Of a DNA stretch of 64,000 bases, positions 1 to 10,776 are shown one piece after another. The position numbers and the translations under genes were made by a program. This DNA comes from Vicinamibacterales bacterium (GTDB taxonomy: Bacteria; Acidobacteriota; Vicinamibacteria; Vicinamibacterales; JAMQPK01): positions 612-64,611 of the forward strand of contig JAMQPK010000021.1 in the NCBI GenBank assembly GCA_023717525.1. Direction: 5' to 3'. The notes beneath the pieces were generated by a model. It searched no databases. It was not told where the DNA came from and was given only the letters and a program-made list of their open reading frames with translations. How positions within the stretch are numbered: the first letter of the stretch is position 1; every line of letters starts with the position of its first letter.

Positions 1-1041
1 GGTTCACTCGAAGGCCGGATGGACAATCTCGGACAGGTTGAGCGATCGTGGCGAGTCGACTGGCGCGATCGGGGCCTCAAGCGGCCCGCCCTGAGTGTGC
101 GTCAGGCCAGCGCAACCGTGCGAGGTCGGGGACTCGCGGTAGACGTCGGCAAACAGTTCATTCGCTGGGGCAAGGCGGACATTCTGAATCCGACCGATCG
201 GTTTGCGCCTCGCGATTTCATGGAAGTTACCAACGACGAGTTTCTGGCCGTCACTGCAACTCGTGCTCAGTACGAGGCGGGGGCGCAGTCGCTGGATTTC
301 GTCTGGGTTCCGATCTTCACGCCAAGCCGCATTCCGCTGGTCGGTAGTCGCTGGACGCCTGCGACACCGCAAACGGCCAGCCCGGTCCTCATCATTCAAA
401 GCGATCGATCCTTTCCAGACGAAGGGCAGTTCGGTGTCCGATGGAACGTTCTCGCGCCTGGATTTGAATGGTCCGCGTCGTTCTTCGACGGTTTCAATCA
501 TCTGCCTGAGTTCACGACCGACTTGCCAGATCAGGTTGCTCCTCTACCATTTGTGGCATTGCGGCGTTCGTATGCACCGCTTCGGATGATTGGCGCCGAT
601 GCGGCTGTGCCGCTGCGCTGGTTCACGCTGAAGGGCGAAGCGGCTGGCTTCATCACCACCAGCCAGGTCGCCGACGACGTGGTGATCTATGTGGTGCAGG
701 CCGAACGCCAGTCGGGCGAGCTCAGCCTGGTTGGCGGATACGCCGGCGAGGTGGTGACCGCGAAGCGCTCGGAATTTGCCTTCGCGCCGGACCGAGGTCT
801 CACGCGCGCATTTCTCGGCCGCGCCGGCTACACGCTCGACGCCAGCAGCGAGATATCCATCGAGGCAGCGGTCCGTCAGAACGGAGACGGCGCCTGGGTG
901 AAGGCGCTGTACTCACGCGCGCACGGGGCACACTGGAGAATCACCGTTGGCGGCGCCGTGATCGCCGGAACGTCGACCGACTTCTTCGGCCAGTACAGCC
1001 GGAATTCGCACGCGACGCTCAGCGCGCGATACAGCTTTTGA
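1..1041 (+). CDS. Outer-membrane beta-barrel protein (family not recognised), 5' end cut by window edge
   Basis: The frame is open from base 1, with no stop before the ATG at 19. It shows an alternating beta-strand-like pattern rich in Gly and aromatics. The C-terminus ...LSARYSF ends in Phe like an OMP beta-signal. Confidence 0.5.
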   Translation, partial: GSLEGRMDNLGQVERSWRVDWRDRGLKRPALSVRQASATVRGRGLAVDVGKQFIRWGKADILNPTDRFAPRDFMEVTNDEFLAVTATRAQYEAGAQSLDFVWVPIFTPSRIPLVGSRWTPATPQTASPVLIIQSDRSFPDEGQFGVRWNVLAPGFEWSASFFDGFNHLPEFTTDLPDQVAPLPFVALRRSYAPLRMIGADAAVPLRWFTLKGEAAGFITTSQVADDVVIYVVQAERQSGELSLVGGYAGEVVTAKRSEFAFAPDRGLTRAFLGRAGYTLDASSEISIEAAVRQNGDGAWVKALYSRAHGAHWRITVGGAVIAGTSTDFFGQYSRNSHATLSARYSF

Positions 1042-1059
1042 ATGGGTCTGGAGTAGGAT

Positions 1060-1884
1060 GTGAATCCGGTGAGCCATCCGCTTCTCGCGACTCCCACGGA
1101 ACTCTCACTAGAGTTGAAGGGCGACAGATCGCCCCTCGTCCTAGATTTGCGTCCGGCCGAGGCCTTCGCCGACGCGCATCTTCCTGGCGCTGTTCACCTC
1201 GATCTGTTCGGATTGAGCATCATCGACACCGATCCGGCTCCGCTGAACGCGTTCTTCTGGATGATCGAGCACCTGCTCGCAAGCCGTGGCGTGTCCGATG
1301 ACGTTCCGGTTGTCGTCTACGACGACGCGTCGGGCATGCGTGCCGCCCGAGCATTCTGGTTCCTCGAGTTCTTCGGTCATCCAAACGTCCGCCTGCTGGA
1401 TGGCGGATACGGCGCCTGGGCGCGCGCCGGCCTTGCGACAACCAGGGAAACGACCAAGCCAAAAGGGACCGAATGGACCGGCACCCGCAATGACGATCGG
1501 CTCGCAAGCTGGCGCGACGTGAAGGATCGCATCGGCACAAAGGACGCGATCATTCTCGACACGCGGAGCGACGGCGAGTATTGCGGGACCACCGTGCGCG
1601 CGGCGAGAGGCGGAGCCGTGCCTGGGGCGATTCATCTGGAGTGGACGAATAACCTCGGGCCTGACGGCACGTTCAAGACGGGCGGCGAACTGACGAGGAT
1701 GTATGCAGACGCGGGTGTCACCCCCGATCGTGAAGTCGTGACTTACTGCCAGGGTGGCTATCGTGCCGCCCATTCGTATCTGGCGCTTCGGCTGATCGGC
1801 TATCCCCGGATTCGGAACTACGTCGGATCGTGGAAGGAATGGGGCGACCGCGTCGACTTGCCAATCGAGCATCCCAAGAAGTAG
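1060..1884 (+). CDS. Rhodanese-domain sulfurtransferase (two tandem rhodanese domains)
   Basis: 274 aa with a GTG start. Two rhodanese-like halves; the active-site loop CQGGYRAAH lies in the C-terminal domain, and WKEW lies near the end, as in thiosulfate/3-mercaptopyruvate sulfurtransferases. Confidence 0.85.
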   Translation: MNPVSHPLLATPTELSLELKGDRSPLVLDLRPAEAFADAHLPGAVHLDLFGLSIIDTDPAPLNAFFWMIEHLLASRGVSDDVPVVVYDDASGMRAARAFWFLEFFGHPNVRLLDGGYGAWARAGLATTRETTKPKGTEWTGTRNDDRLASWRDVKDRIGTKDAIILDTRSDGEYCGTTVRAARGGAVPGAIHLEWTNNLGPDGTFKTGGELTRMYADAGVTPDREVVTYCQGGYRAAHSYLALRLIGYPRIRNYVGSWKEWGDRVDLPIEHPKK

Positions 1885-1892
1885 AGGACATC

Positions 1893-3263
1893 ATGGAGAA
1901 GATCGTCGATTACATTCACGTGCAACGCGATCGATATGTGGAAGAGCTGAAGCAGTACCTCGCCATCCCCAGCGTGAGCGCGCTTCCCGAGCACCAGGCC
2001 GACGTCCGCAAGTGTGCCGAGTGGTCGGCCGCGCACATGCGCGAGATCGGGCTGCAGAACGTCAAAGTGATCGAGACCCCAGGCAATCCAATTGTTTACG
2101 CCGACTGGCTCGGAGCGCCCGGCGCGCCGACGATCCTCTTCTACGGACACTACGATGTGCAGCCGGTCGATCCGGTCGAGCTCTGGGAGTCGCCGCCGTT
2201 CGAAGCCACAGTTCGCGAAGGAGAAATCTACGCGCGGGGTGCAGCGGACGACAAGGGTCAGGTCTTCATGCACTTCAAAGCTGTCGAAGCCCACATGAAG
2301 CAGAACGGCCGCCTGCCGGTGAACATGAAGTTCTTTATCGAAGGTGAAGAGGAAGTCGGCAGCCTGCACCTCGATCAGTTTGTACGCGACAACAAGCAAA
2401 TGCTCGCGGCCGATGTCGTCGTGATTTCGGACTCGGCGATGTTCGCGCGTGGCGTGCCGTCGATCTGTTATGGGCTCCGGGGCCTGGTCTACTATCAGAT
2501 CGATCTGCGAGGCACCAAGAGCGATTTGCACTCAGGCGTATTTGGCGGAGCGGTCGCCAACCCGGCGGCTGTGCTCGCACACGTGCTGGCGCAGATGAAG
2601 GACAAGAGCGGCAAGGTGAAGATCGCCGGCTTTTACGATGATGTGCGCGAGCTGACGCCAGAGGAGCGCGCCGAGTGGAAGAAGCTGCCGATGGATGAGA
2701 AGGCGTATCGAAAAGAGCTGGCGGCGCCAAAGCTGACGGGCGAGTCCGGCTACACGGTGCTCGAGCGCGTGTGGGGACGGCCGACATTCGAGGTGAACGG
2801 ACTCCTGTCGGGGTTCACCGGCGAAGGGCCGAAGACGGTGATACCTGCCGTGTCGATGGCAAAGGTCAGCATGCGGCTCGTGCCGAATCAGAATCCCGAC
2901 AAGATCGCGCACCTCTTTGAAGAGTATGTGAAGAAGGTGACGCCAGGAACGGTCGAGTTGAAGCTGACGCGCCTGCACGGCGGCAAGCCCTGGATGGCCG
3001 ACTTCGATAGCCCCTATATCCGCGCGGCCGGCCGGGCGATTGAGAAAGGCTTCGGCAAGACCCCCGTGTTCACGCGCGAGGGTGGGTCGATTCCCGTCGT
3101 GGCGACCTTTCAGGAAGAGCTCGGGATTCCGAGTGTCCTCTTTGGGGTGGGACTGCCAGACGAGAATGCGCATGCGCCGAACGAGAAACTCGATCTCGGC
3201 AATTTCCACGGCGGCATCATCGCGTCGGCGTATCTCTATCAGGAGATCGCGAACCTCACATGA
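1893..3263 (+). CDS. M20 family dipeptidase / ArgE-DapE-CPG2-like metallopeptidase
   Basis: The internal ATG at 1893 (MEKIVDYIHVQRDRYVEELKQYLAIPSVS) follows the rhodanese stop at 1882-1884. Motifs seen: HYDVQP, GAADDKG and EGEEEVGS metal-ligand motifs typical of M20 peptidases. Confidence 0.85.
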   Translation: MEKIVDYIHVQRDRYVEELKQYLAIPSVSALPEHQADVRKCAEWSAAHMREIGLQNVKVIETPGNPIVYADWLGAPGAPTILFYGHYDVQPVDPVELWESPPFEATVREGEIYARGAADDKGQVFMHFKAVEAHMKQNGRLPVNMKFFIEGEEEVGSLHLDQFVRDNKQMLAADVVVISDSAMFARGVPSICYGLRGLVYYQIDLRGTKSDLHSGVFGGAVANPAAVLAHVLAQMKDKSGKVKIAGFYDDVRELTPEERAEWKKLPMDEKAYRKELAAPKLTGESGYTVLERVWGRPTFEVNGLLSGFTGEGPKTVIPAVSMAKVSMRLVPNQNPDKIAHLFEEYVKKVTPGTVELKLTRLHGGKPWMADFDSPYIRAAGRAIEKGFGKTPVFTREGGSIPVVATFQEELGIPSVLFGVGLPDENAHAPNEKLDLGNFHGGIIASAYLYQEIANLT

Positions 3264-4348
3264 TCAGGTCGCTCACACGCGCTCGTGTGGCGGCTCTCGC
3301 GAGTGTGTGTCTGGTGTCGGCCGCTTCGCGAGTGTTCGCGGCGCCGCCCGCGTACGTCGACATCACATGGATGTCGATCTCGAACATGTACTACGAGCTT
3401 GGGCCGCTGAATGTCGTTACAGACGGCTACATTACGCGCATCCCCGAGAGCACGTTTTTCGGCGGCGGTGGCGGTCTTGCGTCCACGAAGAGTGCCTTCA
3501 CGCCGAATGTCTTTGCGGTCACGCGCGTGCTGACGGCGCTCGGAGGACGCTCAAAAGTGAACCTGTTGTTGACGGGTCATAGTCATTTCGACCACTCCTT
3601 CGACACGGCCACATGGTCGAAGCTTACCGGCGCGCGCATCATCGGCTCGAAGACCACGTGCCTGCAGGCGCAGGCCGAGCGGTTGCCTGCGGATCGATGC
3701 CGGGCCGTCAACGGACGCGAAGTGATTCCCCTCGGCGACGGTGTGACGATGAGAGTCGTACGCTGGAATCACAGCGGCGATCCGAAGGTGAACCCTGAGC
3801 AGCACAATCCGGTGGAGCTCAGCGCGGTGCCCTCACGGGATCGCGCCACAGGTGGTCTGCATCCTGGCGTAGCGGAGGATTTTCCTAACGGCGGCGGCAA
3901 CCGCGCGTTTCTGTTCACGGTCGACGGCCCGCAGGGGCGCTTCAGCTGGTTCTTCCAAAACTCGGCGAGCGCCGTCGATCTCGATGTCCCGATTGTCATT
4001 GATGGTATCGACTACGGAGCGCCCATCGAGAATCTGAGACTCGCGATGAAGGATGCGGCGCTCGAATCGGTCGATCTCTGGATCGGATCCGGCGGCCGTG
4101 CGATTGCCGAGCTCGTGGCGCCCATTCTGAAGCCGAAGGCGTATCTACCCGTTCATTGGGACGGTTTGTACGGTGCGTTCGAGAAAGGTGTGCCTCGCGC
4201 CTACAACGATCAGAATCTTGAATCGTTTCTTCAAACAGCGGGCGTCACGCTGGTCCGCCCTGTGCAGTACATGGACAAATGGCGGCTCGATCGCAACGGC
4301 GTGAGGCCTCTCGACAACGCGCAGGTCAAAAAAGCCCTGGGTTTCTGA
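3260..4348 (+). CDS. Secreted metallo-beta-lactamase-fold hydrolase
   Basis: ATGA overlap with the upstream stop. N-terminal signal peptide (...ASRVFAAPPA). HSHFDHSFD matches the HxHxDH motif of the MBL fold. Confidence 0.7.
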   Translation: MIRSLTRARVAALASVCLVSAASRVFAAPPAYVDITWMSISNMYYELGPLNVVTDGYITRIPESTFFGGGGGLASTKSAFTPNVFAVTRVLTALGGRSKVNLLLTGHSHFDHSFDTATWSKLTGARIIGSKTTCLQAQAERLPADRCRAVNGREVIPLGDGVTMRVVRWNHSGDPKVNPEQHNPVELSAVPSRDRATGGLHPGVAEDFPNGGGNRAFLFTVDGPQGRFSWFFQNSASAVDLDVPIVIDGIDYGAPIENLRLAMKDAALESVDLWIGSGGRAIAELVAPILKPKAYLPVHWDGLYGAFEKGVPRAYNDQNLESFLQTAGVTLVRPVQYMDKWRLDRNGVRPLDNAQVKKALGF

Positions 4349-5056
4349 GTGGGCGACATTATTGCCATCGGCGGTGCGTCGTTTGCGGCCGAGCCGCGTA
4401 ATCTGGCCCTCGACAGATATATTCTCGACCAGACGAGAAAGGATCGGCCCAATGTCCTGTTCATTCCGACGGCGACTGGCGACGCCGATCCCTATGTCGC
4501 AAAGTTCTATGCGGCCTACGCGAGTCTGGATGCAAGGCCGGTGCACCTGACGTTCTTTCAGCGTACGCCCGACTTGCGCCGGCTGATTTCGACGCAGGAC
4601 GCGATCTATGTTGGCGGCGGCAATACGAAGAGCATGCTGGCCGTATGGCACGAGTGGGGTCTGCCGGATCTGCTGAAGGACGCGTCTGCGGCCGGCACGG
4701 TGCTGGCCGGCGTCAGCGCCGGCGCCATCTGCTGGTTCGAGCAGGGAATCACCGATTCGTGGGGCGACCGCCTTCGACCGCTGGAAGGCCTCGGCTTCAT
4801 TGCCGGCAGCTGTTGCCCTCACTATGACGGCGAGCCAGAGCGGCGCCCCTCGTTTCACGCGCTGCTGGGGCGAGGGGAGGTTAAACCCGGGATCGCCATC
4901 GAAGATGGTGTCGCCGCGCACTACCGCAACGGCCGTCTCGAACGTGTCGTCACGGCGCGCGAGCGCTCGCGGGCGTATCAGGTGACGATCGATTCCGGCG
5001 TCGTCAGGGAGAACGTCCTGCCGGCAACGTACCTGCAAGCAGAAACTGGAAAGTGA
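4349..5056 (+). CDS. Peptidase S51 (dipeptidase E / cyanophycinase-like) family protein
   Basis: GTG start directly after the upstream TGA. Contains NVLFIPTATGD and the nucleophile-elbow-like GVSAGAICWFE, typical of S51 peptidases. Confidence 0.75.
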   Translation: MGDIIAIGGASFAAEPRNLALDRYILDQTRKDRPNVLFIPTATGDADPYVAKFYAAYASLDARPVHLTFFQRTPDLRRLISTQDAIYVGGGNTKSMLAVWHEWGLPDLLKDASAAGTVLAGVSAGAICWFEQGITDSWGDRLRPLEGLGFIAGSCCPHYDGEPERRPSFHALLGRGEVKPGIAIEDGVAAHYRNGRLERVVTARERSRAYQVTIDSGVVRENVLPATYLQAETGK

Positions 5057-5066
5057 CTTCAAAACC

Positions 5067-5101
5067 TACTTCTTACTTCCTACTTCCTACTTCTTACTTT
5101 C
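5067..5101. repeat. Tandem heptamer array (TACTTCY)x5, single arm
   Basis: Read directly: TACTTCT TACTTCC TACTTCC TACTTCT TACTTTC. It fills the gap between convergent genes (stop at 5056, stop at 5101-5103). No inverted partner is nearby. Confidence 0.8.
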
Positions 5102-5985
5102 TAGTTGAGCGATGCCACTCTCCTCCGCAGCGTCTTCACATGCTCCCACAGCTGTTCATGGTCAGACCGCGATTCTTCGTCGACTGCCGCGCCGGACGTG
5201 AAGTGCAAGTACTGCTGGAGATCCCGCAAGGCGGCCGAGAAATCGTTCATGTGATAGGCCAGCAGTCCTCGATCGCGCAATTCGGTCAGGGCCGGCGGAT
5301 CGACCGCCAGCAGCAGTTCCGTGACGCTCCGCGCCTGCGGGAACGAGTGCAGGCGCACGTAAATCCGCTTCAGGTTCAGCAGGATGCGCGTCAGCATCTG
5401 CGGCTTCGTAGCCGGAGCCAGCAGTTCGTTATCGAACGGCGCGCTTTCGCCGACGTGCCGCTCGAAAAGCCGGCGGCAGTCGTGCTCCGTCAGGCGCGCA
5501 CCGCGATGAAACGGGTCGAGAATGAGGTCGGTCGTCGTTGATCCCTCGTTCCGATGCGGTGGATAGCGCATCAGGAAGTGTCCGGGGAAGTTGATGCCCT
5601 CGACGTGAATGCCTGCACGTCTGGCGACTTCCATGTAAACGAGAGCCAGCGTAATAGGGATGCCAGTTCGACGGTCGAGCACTTCGTTGAGAAAACTATT
5701 GCTGGGATCCTCGTACCGGTCGCGATTGCCAGTGAAGCCCTCTTCCTCAAACAGGTACGCGTTCAAGACATCGACGGCACTCTCGGACTTCCGGGCGTCC
5801 TGCAAACATCCACTCGCGAGCAATCGCTCGCGCGCGGCTGCCCCCATGGCGTCGAGTTGTGCAAGGTACGGCGCTGGATCGAGAAGTGGACACTCGAGCC
5901 TCGCGATGACCAGCGCCGGCGAGGCGAGGTCGCGTTCGGGACTCGCCGCGAGCCTGGAAAATTCCTGGATGAGGGCGTCCTTCAT
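5101..5985 (-). CDS. SirB1/YchA-like protein (transglutaminase-like N-domain plus TPR-like C-domain)
   Basis: 294 aa. YEDPSNSFLNEVLDRRTGIPITLALVYMEVARRAGIHVEGINFPGHFLMRY is the signature region of the SirB1 / UPF0162 family. Confidence 0.75.
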   Translation of the reverse strand: MKDALIQEFSRLAASPERDLASPALVIARLECPLLDPAPYLAQLDAMGAAARERLLASGCLQDARKSESAVDVLNAYLFEEEGFTGNRDRYEDPSNSFLNEVLDRRTGIPITLALVYMEVARRAGIHVEGINFPGHFLMRYPPHRNEGSTTTDLILDPFHRGARLTEHDCRRLFERHVGESAPFDNELLAPATKPQMLTRILLNLKRIYVRLHSFPQARSVTELLLAVDPPALTELRDRGLLAYHMNDFSAALRDLQQYLHFTSGAAVDEESRSDHEQLWEHVKTLRRRVASLN

Positions 5986-6671
5986 GGTTCCCGTCCATTA
6001 TCGCGCACGATGGCTTCCAACCGAGGGATCGTAATCTCGCTGAGGTGTTCGACGACGAGATCGGCGGCGGTCAGATCTGCCGCCGGATAGGTGTGGGTGA
6101 CCGCGACGCATCGAAGGCCGGCACTACGAGCGGCTTCGAGTCCCCAATGCGAGTCCTCGATGGCAATGCAGGAGCCCGGGTTCAGCACTTTCACATCGCG
6201 CAGCTTGGCCATCGCGAGCATATAGAGATCGGGCGCCGGCTTTCCGCGCACGCCGTCCGACGCCGACGCAATTGCGTGAAAATACTCACGAAGCCCCGCG
6301 TGATCGAGCACCAGCGCGATCTCCGGTTCCAGAGCGCCCGATGCCACCGCCAGCGGGACGCGTGACGCACACCGTTTTACGCACTCGACGGCTCCCGGGA
6401 AGAGCACGCCGGCACTCGACAGCAGATCTTCGACGATCTCGGACTTTGCGGCGATCCACTCGTCGATTGTGCCGCCGTCGTGCTGCAACCCTCGATCCTT
6501 CACCAGCGCACGGAACAACCCCAGGTCGTCATAGCCGAGATACTTGGCGTAGTACTCCTCTCGGCCGAGTTCGATTCCGTCTCGCTGAAGGACAGACTGA
6601 TATGCGCGCAGATGCAGCGGCTCGCTGTCGGCGATCACCCCGTCGAAATCGAAGAAGACGGCTTGAAGCAT
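5982..6671 (-). CDS. HAD-superfamily hydrolase (beta-phosphoglucomutase-like subfamily IA)
   Basis: The internal ATG at 6669-6671 overlaps the upstream stop. The N-terminus MLQAVFFDFDGVIADSE carries the DxDG motif; a later EDSxxG motif is present. Confidence 0.85.
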   Translation of the reverse strand: MLQAVFFDFDGVIADSEPLHLRAYQSVLQRDGIELGREEYYAKYLGYDDLGLFRALVKDRGLQHDGGTIDEWIAAKSEIVEDLLSSAGVLFPGAVECVKRCASRVPLAVASGALEPEIALVLDHAGLREYFHAIASASDGVRGKPAPDLYMLAMAKLRDVKVLNPGSCIAIEDSHWGLEAARSAGLRCVAVTHTYPAADLTAADLVVEHLSEITIPRLEAIVRDNGREP

Positions 6672-7288
6672 CAACGAAGGCGCTGGCCGGCGCGAATCGG
6701 CACAGGCAGACGGTTTTCCTTCGGCGGATAGGGGCAATCGAACGTCGAATTGTAGTAGCAGTAGGGGTTATAGGCCTTGTTGAAGTCGACGTTGTAGAGG
6801 CCGGTCGGCGTGCGCTCCAGATCGAGGTAACGTCCGGCTGCGTACGTTTCCGTTCCGCTCGTCAGATCGCTGAACGGCACGAACAGACGATTCAGGTCAT
6901 TCGATCCGGCTTCGATGAAGGCGCCGAGCGTCAGCGGCCGGCCCTGCAGAGTGAATTCGAGCACGCCGACGCGCTCCTCCTTCCGTGTTTCGCCGGTTGA
7001 GGTCGGCATGTCGACGAAGATGCGCTGGTCGGCGAGCTTCAGTGACGCCGGCACGACGTACTCGACATCCGGCGGAAAGTATTTCAGCGGCAGAAGCGTG
7101 TCCATCAGATGCGGTGGCACCGGCTGGTTCGGGCGGCTCCGAAACGATTCATCCAGCTCTGCCCGCGCCGCCTGAAGCTGCTCGGGGTAGCTGGCATCCG
7201 AGTCGGGCGGCGGCGGACTTCCGCCATTGCACGCAACCAGCATTCCTGACGTCAACACCGTCAGCACAACCTGAAAACGTAACCTCAT
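6671..7288 (-). CDS. DUF1684 family lipoprotein
   Basis: Lipobox LVAC follows a signal sequence. The C-terminal AYNPYCYYNSTFDCPYPPKENRLPVPIRAGQ matches the conserved DUF1684 signature. Confidence 0.8.
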   Translation of the reverse strand: MRLRFQVVLTVLTSGMLVACNGGSPPPPDSDASYPEQLQAARAELDESFRSRPNQPVPPHLMDTLLPLKYFPPDVEYVVPASLKLADQRIFVDMPTSTGETRKEERVGVLEFTLQGRPLTLGAFIEAGSNDLNRLFVPFSDLTSGTETYAAGRYLDLERTPTGLYNVDFNKAYNPYCYYNSTFDCPYPPKENRLPVPIRAGQRLR

Positions 7289-9006
7289 TGGAAAATGTAA
7301 CTCCCGCGCCTGACCGTCTCGTCTGCGATCCGGCGCCTTCGGATCACTGTATCGGTCGGCATCACTTTCAGCAACCTCCGCAACGCTGCCAGGTGCGTAC
7401 GAAGTGTATCGCCTTCCGCCATCGCGGCCAGCAGTCGCCTTGCCATTGTTTCGATAGTCGCGGCTGCGCCATCAGTCACGATAGCCGTCGCGTCGGCATG
7501 AAACGCCGCCGCCTGCCCCGTGGCTGCGGCCGCTCGTAGCTGCGCGCTTTCGGCGCACGCAGTGGCAATAAGGATGTCCGCAATGGCGATCAGCACTTCC
7601 TGCTGCTCGGCGATATCTTCGCCATAGCGCTGCATCGCGAGCCCAAGCGCCATCAGCGCCACTTTCTTGAACGATCCCACGGTGTCGTCCGCCGATCCCT
7701 GGCCCGAAAGAATCTCGTCCTGCAGGTTCCTGGCGGCACCAATCAATGGAAGATCCCCTTTCAGGGATCGTCGAATCAACATTCCCGGGATGAGGAGTCT
7801 GTTGATCTCGTTGGTGCCCTCGAAGATCCGATTCACCCGCGCATCGCGGTAGTGCCGCTCTGCCGGGTAGTCGCGAACGAAACCGTTTCCACCGTGGATC
7901 TGCACGTTCTCGTCGAGCACGAAATCCAGCGTTTCGCTGCCTGCCACTTTCGCGATCGATGCTTCAACGGCGAATTCCTCCATTGCCGCGAGCACGGCGC
8001 CTGAGCCTTCCCCCAGCGCAATAGATGCGTCGATCAGGCCCGCGGTTCGATAGAGCAGGCTTTCAACGGCGTACGTTCGCGCGCTCATCTCGCCGAGCTT
8101 GTGCCTGATAGCCCCGAACGACGCAATGGTCTTGCCGAATTGCTTGCGCGAAGCAGCGTATCGCGCGCTGTCGCCCACCGCGAGGGCTGCTCCTCCGACG
8201 CACATTGCACCCAGCTTGAACCTGCCGAAGTTCAGGACGTTGAACGCGACCTTGTGGCCCTTACCAATTTCTCCAAGCAAATTCCCCGCGGGCACTCGAG
8301 CGTCCTGGAGCAGCAGGGGAGTGGTAGACGAGCCATGGAGGCCCATCTTGTGCTCTTCCTTACCGGTGCTGACGCCGGGAAAGCCGCGCTCGACGATGAA
8401 GGCAGTAAAGTGCTCGCCGTCGACCTTGGCGAACACGACGAAGACGTCGGCGAATCCTCCATTGGTGATCCACATCTTCTCGCCGTTCAACGAGAAGCCT
8501 CCGTCCGGCAGTTTCACGGCTCGGGCATTCGCTCCCAATGCATCGGATCCGGATCCGGACTCGCTGAGCGCGTACGCGCCGACCATCTCGCCCGCGATCA
8601 GCCGCGGCAGATATCGAGCTTTCTGTTCGGGCGTCCCGAACAGCAGAATGGGCGTGATGACGAGGTTGCCCTGGGCGCCGAACGCCGCGCTGAACGACGC
8701 GCTGCCAGACAAGTTGCGACTGACGATGAGCGCAGCGGTCTTGTCGAGGCCTACACCGCCAAACTCCTCCGGCGCATCGACGCCGAGCAATCCCAGCTCG
8801 CCAGACCGGCGCAGAAGCTGCCGCGCGAAGGCCCAGTCTTTCTGTTCAAGGCGATCGATGTTGGGGACGACCTCCTTGTCGACGAACTCCTGAGCGGTCC
8901 GGCCGATCAGGCGCTGCTCCTCCGACAAGTGCTCAGGCGTGAGGACGGTCGTCGGGTCTGCAGGCCCGAGCAGCCAGGCCCCTCCCTTAGCGGCACCCGC
9001 AGCCAT
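7285..9006 (-). CDS. Acyl-CoA dehydrogenase (long FadE-type with C-terminal extension)
   Basis: The ATG at 9004-9006 overlaps the thiolase stop (ATGA). ACAD motifs seen: GAYALSESGSGSD, KMWITNGG, IHGGNGF and RIFEGTNEI. Confidence 0.9.
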   Translation of the reverse strand: MAAGAAKGGAWLLGPADPTTVLTPEHLSEEQRLIGRTAQEFVDKEVVPNIDRLEQKDWAFARQLLRRSGELGLLGVDAPEEFGGVGLDKTAALIVSRNLSGSASFSAAFGAQGNLVITPILLFGTPEQKARYLPRLIAGEMVGAYALSESGSGSDALGANARAVKLPDGGFSLNGEKMWITNGGFADVFVVFAKVDGEHFTAFIVERGFPGVSTGKEEHKMGLHGSSTTPLLLQDARVPAGNLLGEIGKGHKVAFNVLNFGRFKLGAMCVGGAALAVGDSARYAASRKQFGKTIASFGAIRHKLGEMSARTYAVESLLYRTAGLIDASIALGEGSGAVLAAMEEFAVEASIAKVAGSETLDFVLDENVQIHGGNGFVRDYPAERHYRDARVNRIFEGTNEINRLLIPGMLIRRSLKGDLPLIGAARNLQDEILSGQGSADDTVGSFKKVALMALGLAMQRYGEDIAEQQEVLIAIADILIATACAESAQLRAAAATGQAAAFHADATAIVTDGAAATIETMARRLLAAMAEGDTLRTHLAALRRLLKVMPTDTVIRRRRIADETVRRGSYIFQ

Positions 9007-10136
9007 CACGCGATCCTCTCGAGAATTCCGGCCGCGCCCATTCCACCGCCGACGCACATCGTCACGAGGCCGTAGCGCGACTGACGGCGTGCCATCTCAT
9101 AAATGATGCTCGTCGTCAGCTTCGCTCCCGTGCAGCCGAGCGGATGACCGAGGGCGATAGCGCCGCCGTTGACGTTCAACCGTTCTTCGTCCATCGGCAA
9201 CTCGCGAAGGCAGGCGATGACTTGAGCGGCAAACGCTTCGTTCAGCTCGATCACATCCATTTCGTTCAACGAGAGGCCCGCCAGCTTCAGCACCTTCCGA
9301 ATCGCCGGCACGGGGCCAATGCCGAAGCGCTCAGGCGCGACACCGGCCGTGGCAAACGCGACGAACCGCGCAAGCGGCTTCAGCTGGCGTTCCTTTGCAA
9401 AACGATCGGACGTCAACAGCACGACCGACGCGCCGTCGCTCATCTGCGAGGAATTTCCAGCGGTGACGGTACCTCTCACGTGAAATGCCGGTTTCAGCTT
9501 TGCGAGCGCGTCGAGCGATGTGTCGCGACGAGGCCCTTCATCGGTAGCCAGGGCCCCGATCGGCAGCGTCTCCTCACGAAACCTTCCGGCATCGATCGCA
9601 GCCACCGCCCGCTGGTGACTGCGGAACGCGAACGCGTCTTGTGCGTCACGAGAGATCTTGTAGTCCCGTGCGTGATTTTCCGCGACGAGTCCGGTGCTCA
9701 GATATACGTCTGGATAGGAGTCAATGAGGGCGGGATTCGGCGCGACCTTGTTGCCGCCCATCGGCACCAGGCTCATGCTTTCGGTGCCGCCGGCAATGAT
9801 GACTGAAACTGAACCGCCCCTGATCCGGTCGGCGCCAAAGGCGATCGCCTGAAGGCCGGAGGCGCAGAATCGATTGATCGTCACGGCAGACGCTTCAACA
9901 GGGATACCGGCCCGGAGACTGGAGATGCGCGCCACGTTCAGCCCCTGCTCGGCTTCGGGCATCGCGCATCCGATGATGACGTCCTCCACATCCGCCGGAG
10001 ACACACCCGGCGCGCGATTCAGAACTTCGCGCATCACTGCCGCCGCCAGCTCGTCTGGCCGTGTCGAGCGCAGCGATCCCGCCGGTGCTTTTCCGACTGG
10101 TGTGCGGACAGCTGACACGATGACAGCATCAGTCAT
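9006..10136 (-). CDS. fadA: Acetyl-CoA C-acyltransferase (thiolase)
   Basis: Start at [16 protein letters not shown]. Active-site regions [32 protein letters not shown] and CVGGGMG are seen. Confidence 0.92.
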   Translation of the reverse strand: MTDAVIVSAVRTPVGKAPAGSLRSTRPDELAAAVMREVLNRAPGVSPADVEDVIIGCAMPEAEQGLNVARISSLRAGIPVEASAVTINRFCASGLQAIAFGADRIRGGSVSVIIAGGTESMSLVPMGGNKVAPNPALIDSYPDVYLSTGLVAENHARDYKISRDAQDAFAFRSHQRAVAAIDAGRFREETLPIGALATDEGPRRDTSLDALAKLKPAFHVRGTVTAGNSSQMSDGASVVLLTSDRFAKERQLKPLARFVAFATAGVAPERFGIGPVPAIRKVLKLAGLSLNEMDVIELNEAFAAQVIACLRELPMDEERLNVNGGAIALGHPLGCTGAKLTTSIIYEMARRQSRYGLVTMCVGGGMGAAGILERIA

Positions 10137-10776
10137 TGAAATCCTGAAGGAGATCCTCGATGGCGTCGCCGACTTCCGTGACATGGCCGTCGAAGAGATG
10201 ATCGGCGTCGTCGATGACGACGAGCTCTTTCGGCTCGGGAAGCTGGCCGTAGAACTTGCGGACCGCTTTCACCGGGATGAGCTCATCGCGTTCGCCGTGA
10301 ATGATGAATGCCGCCTTGCCCGCCGTGACGGCCGGCGCGAAATCGTAGAGCGTCACCGGCGGCGCAATCCCGATGATAGCGGTGACACGGGGATCCTCGA
10401 CGGCCGATGTCATCGCGACCCACGCGCCGAACGACATGCCGGCGGCCCAGACTCGCGTCACGTGGGGATAGCGAGCCACCATGAATGCCAGCGCTGCGGC
10501 AAAGTCGTCCTTCTCACCGGACCCGCCAGCGAACGCGCCATTGCTTCGGCCGACTCCCCTGAAGTTGAACCGCAGGGCAGGGCAGTCGATGCGCGCGAAC
10601 GCTTTTGCGGCATGAAAGACGGCCTTGGTGTGCAGTGTTCCGCCAGCGGTCGGAAGCGGATGGGCGAGGACCGCTACAGCGCGCGGCTCTCCGCCGGCTT
10701 TTTCGTTGATGACTCCTTCCAGCACCCCGGCCGGGCCGGGGATTTCTACGGTGAGGAGACGGATGTTCTCAGCCAT
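10129..10776 (-). CDS. Alpha/beta hydrolase (COG2945-like)
   Basis: 215 aa. Nucleophile elbow GMSFGA, and a late GERDELIP...DHLF region typical of small alpha/beta-fold hydrolases. Confidence 0.75.
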   Translation of the reverse strand: MAENIRLLTVEIPGPAGVLEGVINEKAGGEPRAVAVLAHPLPTAGGTLHTKAVFHAAKAFARIDCPALRFNFRGVGRSNGAFAGGSGEKDDFAAALAFMVARYPHVTRVWAAGMSFGAWVAMTSAVEDPRVTAIIGIAPPVTLYDFAPAVTAGKAAFIIHGERDELIPVKAVRKFYGQLPEPKELVVIDDADHLFDGHVTEVGDAIEDLLQDFND